Under the pieces are notes generated by a model. The model was not told the origin of the DNA. It did no database searches and was given only the letters and a program-made list of their open reading frames with translations. Below are positions 1 through 13,173 of a stretch of DNA of 64,000 bases, piece by piece. Source of the DNA: Glycera tridactyla (taxonomy: Eukaryota); contig OZ286460.1 of the NCBI GenBank assembly GCA_965644265.1, positions 40,610,001 to 40,674,000 on the forward strand, written 5' to 3'. Numbering within the stretch: the first letter of the stretch is position 1; every line of letters starts with the position of its first letter. Made by a program: the position numbers and the translations under genes.

Positions 1-439
1 ATGTGGGACTCTCTCTATCCATGTACATAAGTGGTCGGAAAAAGCATCAACCCAAAGTGATAGTATAGCATTCCCGCAGATACAAACTGGGTCGATCTGT
101 CAAGAAAGGTCACCGAGAGAGATCATGGAGGTCACTGTTGATTGAGGACCTCAGACATGTTTGGTTGTGGTCTGGTTAGCAAGGTCAGGGTGGAGATAGA
201 GAGAGAGAGATCCAGGGAGTTGGCAGACCCCTCCCTGATCACAATCACCGCCTTTCTTTGTGTCCGCAGCAGCGGCATGTTTTCTTGCTTCAGTAACGAG
301 CTCCATGATAGTTTTTTCTGAACCAAACATAGGGTTGACCCTATGTGCTAAACAACTGGTGGAATGCCAACACCTTGCCTGGTGCTTTGAGGTTAAGATT
401 CCCCTTATAAATGTCTCAATTAAAGTTAAAAGTTTACCT

Positions 440-710
440 NNNNNNNNNNNNNNNNNNNNNNNNNNNNNNNNNNNNNNNNNNNNNNNNNNNNNNNNNNNNN
501 NNNNNNNNNNNNNNNNNNNNNNNNNNNNNNNNNNNNNNNNNNNNNNNNNNNNNNNNNNNNNNNNNNNNNNNNNNNNNNNNNNNNNNNNNNNNNNNNNNNN
601 NNNNNNNNNNNNNNNNNNNNNNNNNNNNNNNNNNNNNNNNNNNNNNNNNNNNNNNNNNNNNNNNNNNNNNNNNNNNNNNNNNNNNNNNNNNNNNNNNNNN
701 NNNNNNNNNN
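440..710. other. Assembly gap (N run)
   Basis: Run of N. Confidence 1.
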
Positions 711-746
711 AAAGTAACCACATGTAGATTCGTCCACATGCAAATG

Positions 747-778
<32 letters not shown>

Positions 779-786
779 CACACACA
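747..786. repeat. (CA)n microsatellite
   Basis: Direct read. Confidence 0.95.
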
Positions 787-1179
787 TTGTACATGAGGTG
801 TATTATATGGATTGTCAGTGGGTGTTACTACCAGCAGTATCTCGCCAATGATGGATGAGTGAGTTTGACAGCCCGGAGAAAGATCGTGGTCATGATAATT
901 GTTTGGTTATCATTTTACTGGTTACTACGGTTACTAAGACCCACTGGTGTAACTACTCCATATATGCCCCACTTAATTCACACAATGCCTCCTTCAGCCA
1001 ATACATCATCCTTGATGCTTCAACCAAATTAACCCATTTTTTCCATCTAAAATCTACCTTTGTTAAAGTTTCGGGATTTTGAAAAATGTTATAAAATTAA
1101 GATTGTATTATAGGAATCTGATGAACTCATACTATCGATGTATTTTTTATAAATTAGGTGTTTGCATGGATATTAACCA

Positions 1180-1290
1180 CAGATGAACATGTATATAAAG
1201 ACCACATTTAGTCGCATTAAGGAGTGGCCTTTATAGGCAGGTGGCCTTCATAGAGAGGTCATATACTGTCAAAAGTACCATCACAAGCAC
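1180..1290. mobile_element. MITE family A (Tc1/mariner-pogo-like), truncated decayed copy
   Basis: cagatgaacatgtatataaagaccac...gtggcctttataggcaggtggccttcatagagaggtc shares the family sub-repeats. Confidence 0.65.
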
Positions 1291-2311
1291 AGCTCAGGGT
1301 AGAGGGAATATATTTGATTTACAATGATCACATCTCTCTTGGAGTGTGATATTTGGGGGGGGGGGGGGGGAGCTAAGAGGCTGGAGTCTATGCTGATTGG
1401 TGTTAGGATAGGTTGTTTCGATCATTAATACATATGCATGTATATACAAAGCTGGTATGTAGGCAATAGCAATGTTCCATTGGTGGGGTCAAAATTGTAG
1501 TGATTTGTCTTCACATGAAATCTGTCACTTTTTCATTCGATGAAAAATCCATACTCTCCCATTGGGAGAGTGAGTGACTGTTCACTCTCCCAAATTCCAA
1601 TTCACTTGCCTTGGGATTCGGGAGAGTGGTTACTTTAGAAGACTGTGTAGAACATCTCTCGACATGATGTCCTAAAATTCTGACAGTACAAATATCAGAC
1701 GCTTGTGATATTCAATTTTTTGAAAATAATATATAAGTGAAGAAAGATGTGAATTTGATAAGGGGACAATGGGTGGTCGCTACTCACTTTTCTAATCACA
1801 TATATGCCCGACTATGACGATGGGGTTTTAAGTGTGGGAATGCTCTTGCTCAATTGTGCAGAAAGAAAGTAATTGTAACATTTTACTTGTCAGAATTTTC
1901 AAACTGACCAGGTGCGGGATGCCTGCCTCGGCGACAGGTTGCCATGGAGCTAAGTGTGAGAAACAAGTTGACTTTGGCCACTGGTCAGCGTCATAGGGCT
2001 CAGGGTCAATGTATTGTCAGCGATGCCGATTTGACCGCTGGTCACTCAAATGGTCAACTCGATGGTTCGAGGTCCATTGTAAAGCCATCAGGTTCTATGG
2101 CGTGAGGTCAGGCTGAAGTGGCCCAACTCCCTGATTGCTTTTGAATGAAGACAGGAGTTCGATTTCGCGTGTCCGTCACTTGGTTAGTGATGCGATTCTG
2201 AGACAATCGTTGTTGTTGCCGGAGAGACGGTTAAAATGGTCAGTGACGTGGAGTATGCTGATTTCTTCAGGTCTTGAATTCATTGCTTATATGTTTCGCA
2301 TGTAAGATTCT

Positions 2312-2440
2312 TACAGTGAAACCCGTGATGAGATACCACCCTAAATATGTCACAAAAAAGTGGTCTCTCAAAAGAGGTGGTCTCTTATGGATTTTTTTTT
2401 TTACTAAAAGTGGTCTTCCATCGCAGGTGGCCTCTCATTG
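2312..2440. mobile_element. MITE, related subfamily (TA-CAGTGAAACC end)
   Basis: ta cagtgaaacccgtgatgagataccacc followed by gtggtctctca/aggtggtctc sub-repeats. Confidence 0.6.
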
Positions 2441-3032
2441 GGGGGATGGGGGGGGGGGCTTTAGTCGCAGGTATTTTATCAAACATTGTCTCAACTTCAG
2501 GACTCTACATCAACTTTCCCTCGGGCATGTTGGTGGGATTTTCACCTGCCCCCTCTGAGTTTCACCTGCTCTCCTGCATATAATCAACTACTGAAGGATA
2601 GTCAGGTACCTGCCCATCCGGCAGGCAGACCAATAAAATTGCCTGTCCTAACAACGAATCTGCCTGCTTGTGCCATTAGGGCAGCCCTTATCATAGAGCC
2701 CTAATCTTTAGATGCTTCTTTTCCTGTATGGTGCAGTTTCTTTGAATAAGCTGTGGACTTATTCTGTGGTAAAGGTGCTGTTTTCTGTTGTGGAAGATGA
2801 GCTCCTGAAAGAGGGGGAATTTCTCACAAAGGATACCACTGTATCCAGACATTTTGGCTTCAGTGCTACCCCTTGAACATGAGGTCAGCTTACATGGCCA
2901 CCAATTGACAATAGCGAAGAATTTAAAATGAGTTTTGGCAAGCACCATGAAGGGGATTCAGTATTTTCTATTAATGCTCTTGATAATAAAATATAGAGTA
3001 ATTGTGAATGGTGGAAAACTCTCATGGGAAAT

Positions 3033-3180
3033 CAGTCAAACCTGCTTGAGAGACTCTATAAAGGCCACCTGCCTATAAAGACCACCCTGAACTGTGACCA
3101 TGATAGTATTTTCAACAGCGATTGATGTCTCTAAAGGCCTCCTATCCTTTTCTATGCAACCGAGGTGGGCTTTACAGATA
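3033..3180. mobile_element. MITE family A, decayed
   Basis: cagtcaaacctgcttgagagac...aaggccacctgcctataaagaccaccctgaactgtgaccatgatagtattttcaacag. Confidence 0.75.
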
Positions 3181-3529
3181 TTTTGTGTGTGATGAGTCTG
3201 TACTTCTGGAGCACCCTGCCTGGGTTGAAGAGATGTTAAACCCTACTCAATCAATCAATGTAAAGCTCCATCATCCTGCAGGAGTGATACTGGGAAGGCA
3301 GAAGTGTGAGTGGCAGGGTGAAGTTGGAGCTGGACACCGGTCACTACCGGTCACTGGTGTAGCGGTCACTCAGCTTGACCTGCACCGTCATTGAGCTGTC
3401 CAGACGTTGATGGGTGAACAATTGGAGGTATCCAGCAAGAAGATACAAACCAAACTTGCTAAACAATGGTGTCCTGTGTTGACATCATGGGAACAGGGAA
3501 GGCTGGAATCCACGCTGAGTCATGTGGAA

Positions 3530-3645
3530 AACTGGTCTTTGTAGACAGGTAGTCTGTGAAGAATTGTATTTCAATATGAAATACTACTGCAGTTATCTTA
3601 GGCGATCTTTGTAGACAGGTGGTCATTTGAACTGGTTCAACTGCA
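3530..3645. mobile_element. MITE family A, right-hand part
   Basis: ggtctttgtagacaggt x2; ends ggttcaactgca (right TIR). Confidence 0.65.
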
Positions 3646-3694
3646 CATGCTTGCAGACTTGTGCATGCATGCACACATGCATGAATTCATGCAT

Positions 3695-3695
<1 letters not shown>

Positions 3696-3748
<53 letters not shown>
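3696..3748. repeat. (CA)n microsatellite
   Basis: Direct read. Confidence 0.97.
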
Positions 3749-3752
<4 letters not shown>

Positions 3753-4320
3753 GCACACAAACATGCACACATACTCAGTAGTAATCTAAATCGATTTCAC
3801 ATCATAGCCGAGGCTTCTTTGGCCAGGCTGATTCCTTTGTTAGCCTACAAAGGCTAATGACTTGCCAGCTTCTTGCATGAAGAGCACAAGATTTTTGTCG
3901 ATAAGCTATTTGAATTCATATTTTATTCAGCCAATGAAATACATTTCTGTCTCATCTGGCAAGAGATAAGCATGCTGCCAAATTGCATTCACAATTAATG
4001 CCAGTGAAGTTTTTATTTCCGCTGGCATTTAACATGTTTAATAGAGGTTAGCTTAGCAGTGGATCTGTGCACGGATTAAAGTGTTGAATGAACAATAGAC
4101 GCAGTGGAATATACTATGCCGGCAGTTATCTATGCCACAATAAAATGGCTCAAAGCCTCTGTGTGTTATCTCACCAGAAATATGCTAATCTCTGAGGAGA
4201 GCTTATTGATTATAATCTACTAGACAAAATTGAACACCAAGTGAAATCAATCAAGAATGTAGAGCGATTGTGCTCCATGAACCCCTTGTATTCTGGACCA
4301 GATTAGTTCATCATTGTAGA

Positions 4321-4500
4321 TATAGTCGATTCTGTCTATAAAGGCCAGCTTCAGGTACATAGAAACGTGGCCTTTATAGGCAGGTGGCCTTTATAGAGAG
4401 GTTGTTTACTGTGGAGAATACTATTATGGTCACAGGTAAGGGTGGCTTTTATAGGCAGGTGCTCCTAATAGAGAGGGGCTCTTGAGAAGGTTCAACTGTA
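4321..4500. mobile_element. MITE family A, full length (~180 bp), TA at both ends
   Basis: ta-tagtcgattctgtctataaaggcc ... gagaaggttcaactg-ta; internal GTGGCCTTTATAGGCAGGTGG repeats. Confidence 0.85.
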
Positions 4501-4829
4501 CCATTGTGTCATTGTCATTGTCATTGTCACCATATTCTGCCATGTTCATGTTGAGGAAGTAGAGGTGTGTCTGAACTGTTAACTATTTCCACTTGACAGC
4601 ATTTCAGGTTCTCCATCATCTTGTGTTTAGGATTTGTGAGAGATGTCTTTCTTTTGCCGCTATTGCATATTGGTATTTCTGTCATTGTTATGATATCATC
4701 TTCAAATAATCACTACAGGCAGGAAATTTGCATGATACCATTGTTCATTGATATCACAAGCCCACATGCGGTCTCCCCTGTATCTATAAACTGGACAAAT
4801 GATGAATGAATTGTGTTCTCTCTGTTTGT

Positions 4830-5300
4830 TGTAGGTATGTTTGACAAGAAGCGCGAAAGATCCGACCGAGTTACTCTGACGGTAAACTCTTTTAGCAAAA
4901 TCAGTCTCTCCACTAGAATCTCCCCCAAATAGGTGGCCTAGGATGTCATATGAATGAAAAATCTCGAATAAGGTTAGGCAATGTCAGAGAATTTGGGAGT
5001 AAGGATGCCAGTCGTGTAAATTTAGAACTGACTTGTGTTTTACACTTAATGCGTTGATTAGGATAAGAGGTTGACCAACATGATAGCTTGATTTGAATGT
5101 TTGGGTTCAAGGTCCTGTTAAACCACCTTTGGTTATGTCGGACTGAAAAACGGGAAAATGATACAAGCGTCACTTGCTGGCTTGTGCATGTTTCTGCATT
5201 TCTATCTCACACATGTCTCAAATTCCGATGTGGATTGAGAAAAAATATTTTTCCCATCAGGTTTGCATTTCGCTCCAACTGCAATTGGCATTTTGAGCAG
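4830..5300 (-). mobile_element. Decayed LINE ORF2 3' end (CR1/L2-like)
   Basis: Across frames: QLERNANLMGKIF, LLPNSLTLPNLIRD, SDLSRFLSNIPT; these resemble the LINE tail ..LFNSLP..IRN..FK..LD.FL..IP. Confidence 0.4.
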
Positions 5301-7689
5301 TATGGACTTGCGCCGGACATACATGGCCATAATGTCATACTTAGTGCAGAGTCGGTTGTTGAGTAGGATGGTGTGACATACATTTATATATTTTATCGGA
5401 GTTCCCGCACTTAAGCTAAATGAGGATTTATAGCATTTTGAAGCACCCTGTTGTTGGCATTGCTTAATAATTTAGGTGCGCGTAGTCGGTACACGGCTTG
5501 AAGTGTCAGAACAACAAGCGTGATATATAACATTTAGCGGACAGCGTAAGAATACATCTAATATATATATATAACGGGCAGTCAACGTAGCCGTGGGGTC
5601 AGAGATAGCATACTGGGCATGTCATACATTCATACATACATCGCACATCGTCTACCAATGCTGAGATATTACAAATGTCAAAATGGCAGCCACGCTAATA
5701 GGAATTTATAGCAGAATGAATGGAGGTAAAAGCATCAAGTCGTTTAGAGTGGTGGGGGTGGTGATAGCCGTCCATGGTCATGTCTGTGTATGGATTCATC
5801 ATTTCTGTTTCACAATGCTGTCTATGTTTTTATTCCATCTCCATCCTCAATTTTGCTTGATATTTGTGGGAGATTCCGTCTAAAATTGAGAAAGGGACAG
5901 TCATGTAGACAATCTCCTAGGATCGTTGGCATTGATTTTTATTTTGATGAAAAAATGCTGCAAAAGTTCATATTTGCTGTGGCTTTCCTTGGCTGATGTG
6001 CATGGGAATATTGAATGGTCAGATGCTAATTGAAAGGACAACTGCATCAAAATCATTGGAGAGTTTTCAGTAATCAGGGTGACAAATATATTTTCTGTTA
6101 TGATTTTAAAATTATATGAATGGATATTCAGTTTTGAAATGTGAAATTCAATCAGTTTGCAAATGATTTCTTATTCCAAAATGTAGGGACCACTTATGAT
6201 GTTCATGGTTGTGGAGGTAAGGTCCATACTAGGTCAGGGGTGGGGATGGGCTAGGGATGTACAATACTCTGATTCTGAAAGAATTAAGTGTCTGGAAGCA
6301 TCCATGAGACACCATGAATCTGGGAACAAAAGCATTATTTCAGCCTCAGGTTATGGTAGAATTGGGGTTGAAATCCATTTGAACATCCAATCAAAATCAG
6401 GGTGGTGCCAGAGTTATGGGTGACTGGCTTATATGAGAAGGTTACAATGTATGTATTGCATATCCAGGATATGCTCAACGTGGCGTGAGGCCATTCACAT
6501 GAATTAGCGACATTCAAATCCCTTCAAATTTCATTGGCAGTGATGATTAACAATCGGTGGTGGTCAGCATGTGAGGTGGTCAGTTGGTTGGGGCAGCCAG
6601 TGTGTATAATTTTCAACGGCTGGCACCGGCAAAGTTCACTTCTTCCCATTCATACATGTCGATAAAGCACTGTGTATATATGAGGTGGTAAATTTAGATC
6701 CCCACAACAATCACCAGGATGTGACCTCTTGTATAGGGAAGGTGGACAAGAGTGGACAACGTCCAACTGACATTCATGGTCAAGATAGCCCGGACAAAAC
6801 ATATATATGAAATTAAAATACACACCATGAATCCATAAAAATCTTGACCGTTTCAAACTAAAATGAGGGTTTTGTATTGAGGGATCTAGGTAGGGGTCTT
6901 GACCTTTTTAACGGTCAGTCATCCTCTAAGCATGATGGCCCATGCCAATGAATGACTTGACCAGAACACGTCAATGGTCAGTGGACGGGAATAGCTTCTT
7001 TGGATATGGGAATCTTTATGTGTCGATCAATAGGCGGAGAGACGGAGGTCAATATTAGGGGATCTCAGCTAGTCTGGCCAAGCAAGACCGAGGGGTCAGC
7101 TGATAGCCACTGGTCAAATATATACTGGACATGGGTCAGGGAGCACACAGCACTTAAGTAGTATTTATGATATTGGACCATGAATGGCCGTTGGTCACCC
7201 AGATCGTCCTATTTTGTGTTCATCGTGCCGGCGAATCTGTGATAGACAGTGACAGTTGGGACGGGTATTGCAAACGAGTATGCTCATCTTGTTTGACCAT
7301 TGTGATTGCTCGTCTTTCCCTCATGTCATTTTGAAAAGAGCAGGAAAATCTCCCCAGTAGGCATGCTCTTTTCTCATGGCCCAATTCCATTTTTTCCCAT
7401 CAAATGAGAGAATACTTATACATGTCACCTGTAATAGTTTTTCAATCACTCATGGTGTTATCGAGACAAATACTGTATATTGAACATAATATACAATTTA
7501 ACACTACTCAGTAAATCAATCAATTTATTTCATCATCATTCCTTCCCTTTTTAATTTTTTCATTCCTTCTCAAGTAATGATTCCAAAACTTGAACATTCA
7601 GTTTCCAATAAGTTGTCATGCACACAGTATCAGTAAAGGAATTGGATAATTGAATGATTCGTTGAGTTGGGCTTAATGTCTCTTTGGTA

Positions 7690-8560
7690 TTATCAGCTCA
7701 GCAGCATGGTGAAACTAGGTTTAGTATCCTGATATCATTAAGTTGGCCACTGCCTTATTGAGATGATAGTATGTGTGGCATGGTGTAGCCTGTCAAATGC
7801 TTTGCTGAGGTCTCCTAAAATCAGTTGGCAGATTACTGTTGTAATGAATGATGTATGGATAGCTCAACAGCATTGTGAAACTAGGTTTGATAGCTTGATA
7901 CTGAGTTGGCCACTGCCTTATTGAGATGTTAGTATGTGTGTCATGGTGCAGCCTGTCAAAGGCTTTGCTAGGGTCCCTCGAAATCAGTTGGCAGATATGT
8001 GTTGTGATGAATGGGATATGGGTTGCAGAACACAATTCTGCTGCCCAGGCACCACTATTTGCATGAATGATCTGTCTCTACTTACAAAGTTTTGGTGCAT
8101 TAGACAGAGTTTCAGATTGTCAGTGGACTTGGGCCCTTGGCCAGCCTTTTTGCCTTTTGACCCTGTTGATATCACCTATCATGGGTCCACTGGCCTAGCT
8201 TTTTTGTCACTGATGAATAGTTGATGGCCCATCATTTTGAATTATGGTTCATTTTTTTCTGATTGATAGGCTATATGGGCCCATTCACCTGCAAGAAAAT
8301 CTGGAGCATTGGCTAAGGGACTCATGAGCCACAGTATTGTAGGTGGATGGCCAAATATAGCTTAGTTGAGCGAGTATTCTTCATTCAGCTGTCAGATTTT
8401 GAGGCTGGCTTTATGTGGTCATCAGGTTATCTCGAGAATTTATCCAGATTCTATGTGAATGGTAGCATTCTTTTCGAAATATGGAGAAAGTATCTGCTTG
8501 CAAGAGATCTGCTCATAGGTTTGCCCTTGCTAGAGGGGCTGATCAGAGATAACAGTGTTG
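7690..8560 (-). mobile_element. Decayed LINE reverse-transcriptase relic
   Basis: CQLILGDLSKAFDRLHH (7770-7830) and a duplicate CQLISRDPSKAFDRLHH match the non-LTR RT motif D.SKAFD.V.H; upstream KSTDNL resembles ST.DNL. Confidence 0.6.
7695..7997. repeat. Tandem duplication, period ~166 bp
   Basis: agctca.cagcat.gtgaaactaggttt...agttggccactgccttattgagatg...aaatcagttggcagat twice. Confidence 0.9.
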
Positions 8561-10600
8561 AGCTGATTTAGAAATCATCTAAAAATGTCATTGATGACTG
8601 CGAGCCTCATTTCAAACTGTTGTCAATAGGTGTTGTTCAAGAGTGTTATTGTTTCCTTCTCTCCATGGAACATCAGGTGGATTTTCTCATATGCCGCTAT
8701 GTACCCCATGGAATGAAACTCAGGTGGGGGTCGAGGGTTAGATGACCACAGGGGCCACTTATTGGGTGGTGGTCAGTCCAGGGAGGTCATCCTTGTCTCT
8801 GTCCCATGCGAAGGAGCTTTTCATACAACTCGTGATGAATGCTGTTGGAGAATCGAGAAGCCACTTGATTCTGCTCAAGGGTCTAGTGAAAAAGGCCAGA
8901 TTGGATGACCAGTGGTCATTCAATAGAGCCGGCACAAATAATTCAACATCATCTTGACCATCAACGGTGTCAGTGGACATTGTCCGTGACTGGTCACTAT
9001 CCCTCCAATGACCATGCCGCTGTCACGTCGGCTCCCCGTCAAAGACACTCACATGTGACCTTGCTGTCTACCGCAGGACAATATTAAAATTCAAAATCAA
9101 CTTAATCATAGCCCTTCAACTTCTCCACCTTCAGAATATGGTGAAAATACAAAGGCTATAATGACACTGTGGCCAGCAGGCATGTCTCCTAACCTCTTTT
9201 CCTTCAGCGACATCATCTTAAGCTGATTCCCATCATTTGAATTTTGTTTGAGATCATTCCAAAGATTGCTAGGAAATGATCTGTACCATTTCTTTATGAA
9301 TTCAGTAGATATTCTGTCAATTACTGTCATATTTATATTTGTCACTTTGGAAAATCTGGAGGAGAGCAAAGCGTTCTTATGGGAGGAGGGTTAAATCCCT
9401 CTCCAATTTTGAAGTGGACATTTGCTTATTCTGAGGAAGTTTTGAATACAGACATTGGTCTGTTTCTGTATTGGCCGATTTCAAATTACTTTTTAGTGGC
9501 ACGAGTCAGTGTGTGTTGGTTCTGATGCATGCGGTGGCTTATTGGTGCCTATGTTAACATCAGGAATTCTCATTTTGAAATACTATTACCCCTCAGAGCC
9601 CCCAACCTCCTTTATATTTTTCATCCTCTAGCCATAAAGGTGGCTCAAATGTAAACCCAGTGTATGAGTGTGAGGGGGAAAGTGTCAGTTTTCGTTATGA
9701 AATGTTCTGCCATTATCTGACAGTCGGAATATAGATGATATCACACTATTCATAAATTGGTGGGCATATGGGTTCATAGTTTGAAATTCTATTGTGTGAG
9801 TGAAATTGTAAGTCGGTATGATTGTTTCATTTAGAAACTATACTCCCTAAAGCTGTTTTTATGTCCGCCATCATGGTGTGCCTTTGTGTGTGTTAATATG
9901 TTTCTACTTGAGAATGTCATATGTCTGTGACACGGACAGCTGTACAGGGGGCATTGATGAATCAATAGGACAAACGTTTTTCAAATTGGTTTAATTTTCT
10001 TCTCACAAGTCGTGCACGGTCATGCCTAGGTGAGCACCGAAACTATGATGATGCTCTTTTTCGCTTTTTTCACAATCGCTACCAGGGATAATCACCATTG
10101 TGCTGTCATTGGGTCACCCATTGAGGTTGTTCAATTTTGCATAAAAATTGGAGAGCAATAGAGGGATATGAGGGCTAGTATATACGATGATTGATGGGTG
10201 AATACAACCCTGGAAAAATTGAAATTATAAGTAGCTTTTACTCTTGCATAGTCAAAAGAGTATGGCCAAAACAATTTGCCTCTTATCATCAGGTAATAAG
10301 AGTTATTTAATCGAAAACCCTTGAAATTTAGGTATCAAGAGGTAATTAATTCTGAACTCCTGAAAAACCAATGTTTTGAGGATGTCCTACATGGAACTGT
10401 GAATTCATCGCAGAGGTATGGAGACAGGGAAAGGATATTCTAACATATTATCTGTTTTCCCTCCACACCTTATCAGAATACATGATGATATACCTTCACT
10501 ATTCAGCCATTGTTGAGACAATATATTTGTGCATCAGTCGATTCCTCTGAAAAAATGGTCACTGTCGTAAACCCTTTCTGTCGAAAACACTATCAGGTTT

Positions 10601-10835
10601 GCAGCTGAGGGTGGCCTTTATGGGGAGATGGTCTTTATAGAGAGGTGGTCTTTAGAGCTAGTTCGACTGTATAAAGGCCATCTTCGGTCGTATTAAAAAG
10701 TGGCCTTCATGGGCAGGTGGCCTTTACAAGGAGGTCATTCACTGTTGAAAATAATATCGCGGTCACAGCCCAGTGTGATTTTTATAGGCAGGTGGCCTTT
10801 ATAGAGAGTTGGTCTCTCAAGCAGGTCTGACTATA
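10601..10835. mobile_element. MITE family A, two fused head-to-tail copies
   Basis: Right TIR gttcgactgta at 10661-10671 runs directly into taaaggcca of a second copy ending gcaggtctgactata. Confidence 0.75.
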
Positions 10836-11957
10836 CAGTACATGAGGACTTTTAGTTGATATTCTGTACTTCATTCTACTTTGGATTAGCCGATTTCGGG
10901 CAAAGCTTCACTGTTTTGCATATCATTTGGAGGAGACCTCCTTCTTTATTCAGTTTTTGTAAGGGTTATACGAACCAGAGCTCTACAGTCTTTATGATAT
11001 ATAATTAATGGACAAAGGAGATTTAGGATGTTGTGTATGAAGCGGATTGTGGTGGTGGTATTTCATTTGTATGGTTGCTGAAGAGTTAAGAGAGTAGAGC
11101 AGCTGGGGTTGCTCCATGAATTAGGCAACCACAAAACATATGTATTGTAAGCCGGGGTAGGTGAATGAATGGTGACGCTGAATACAAGTACACATTGATT
11201 GCTTTGGATAATACTGATAGGATTGCTTTAATTTCCATGGTCACTCCGTTGTGCTCCTGTATCAAATGTTGGGTCCGGAATTATAACCTGGACACAGAGT
11301 GAAACATAATTGTAGCGTAGTGTCCCAACTACGACCCCCTGCCCTCGACTCTGTCTCTGTAGGTCATTCAAACCGGGGTTGAAGGTCACTGATGATGGGC
11401 ATGCAGAATGCCAAGGAGATCAGTCCTGCACAAAACGTTGCCAACACAATGCTGTCAGGTTGGTTGGGCGAGGTCAATGCGGCCCGCACCCGGGTCGGCA
11501 GCTTATGACAGTTCGATAGCCACCCTGTCAAAGGCTTTTTATGAATCAATAAAAGCTGCAAATACGTGATGGACATCATAACGTTGGGTTTTGTTGGCCA
11601 TGGACTAAGTATTTGAGCTCGCTGGACATTTCACAAAGCCTTCATCAGCATTGCTGCTGTTCGAGGTCAAACGTGGAGGGCACTCGTTCCAAGGAGAGGG
11701 ACTACTTGAAAGTGGCCCTAATCCAACAGATGTCCAAAATCTCATTACAGCTTTATGCAAATGACCTCTGTTGTATCATATGAAAATATAACATTTTAAA
11801 AAACTCACTATGGATACAGAAGTCCCGAGAGACAGCGTCACTCATTTTCTGTCTGTAGCATTGGCAAGCTGTGAATTGCTCAGTGCTTGTTGCCATTAAA
11901 TTTCAGTATCGCAACTCCCCAGTTGGACTGTAATATTTGCATGCCATGGTAATTTAT

Positions 11958-12122
11958 ATTTTCTCAAAGTGGAATCAAAAATGCTGCTATTAAAATGTAG
12001 ATATTCCGCCATTATTGAATATTGGAGGCCAACAAAAGGGTGAAATGATATCTGTTCTTCTTGAAAGTTTAGATTTTCTCAGTGTGGAATCAAATATGCT
12101 GCTATTGAAATTTTGGATATCC
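11958..12122. repeat. Duplicated ~50-bp unit, period ~113 bp
   Basis: attttctca..gtggaatcaaa.atgctgctatt.aaat twice. Confidence 0.8.
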
Positions 12123-13097
12123 CACGGTGATTGAAAGGGATGAAGTATCTTGAGCCAGAATGATAACTTTGTGGATATTAAATGCATGAAGAAGCGTGTA
12201 TCAATTGTCACTCGGCCACGGATTTCACGTTAATGTGTGTGCATTGTATGACTGGTCTTTGTAAGTCTCTTTCACATCCAGCAGTATCCATCTGGGAATA
12301 AAAGCTGACCGGCACAATGACCAGTGGCCATCCATAAAAAGGCAATAAATAGTTGATGTGTGATATTCTACTCTGCATGCAATAATGGTATCAATAACTC
12401 GCTGGACTTCACGGAAAAAATCCAGCCATTGTATCAGAATGGTGGATGGTATGGTGAACGCATTTGTGTCCGAAGTATCGACGATTTTTTGATAGATGAT
12501 CCATTGAGCTGGCCACGGGTCAGCCTGTAAGCCATTACGGCTATTGTTGCGGCCTGATGGTAAGTGGCAAAAGTAGCACTTGGCTATCACGCGTCGATCA
12601 ATGCCGCCGGATACTAAACACTCACTTTACGCCCGTTTGGGATGCCCATTTGACCGACGGCCACATCCGCTTGACCATCGGCTACCTGCACATTTATGAC
12701 ACCCGGACTTGATTTGTAGGCCATTTACACTCGGCTCAGTCGCGATCATTCCTGCTGATTTCACATTAATTGTCAGCGGCGAACAATGGCGTCAACAAGT
12801 AACAGTAACAGTGACCATCTGCAGAGTGAGCTCGTGTTTGGATATCACTTTACGTTTGTCACCTCGAAATGGACTGATCATATCAATTTGATTCGAAACC
12901 TCCAGGTGCCCCTTGGGGCATTCTAGCACCATCGACGGACTGAATAATAGGACACATCAAACGGTTTTCTTATCAGAATCTGATCTCTGCCAAGAAAGCA
13001 GCTATAAATACCAATTAACTGACTCTGAGCCAGTTCATGCGAATTTGAAAGTACATTATCGATGAGTATGGAGCATACAAATTTCAAAGGAAGTTGG

Positions 13098-13098
<1 letters not shown>

Positions 13099-13168
<70 letters not shown>
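13099..13168. repeat. (TG)n microsatellite
   Basis: Direct read. Confidence 0.97.

Positions 13169-13173
<5 letters not shown>

Noticed and set aside
132-851. Long ORFs spanning N gaps or microsatellites here and elsewhere (e.g. 16771, 44037, 50687, 54890-55868; THTH/CVCV peptides)
   Set aside because: Artefacts of N runs and dinucleotide repeats
9106-9369. LINE tail motif in RSFPSNLWNDL
   Set aside because: Single weak motif with no supporting neighbours
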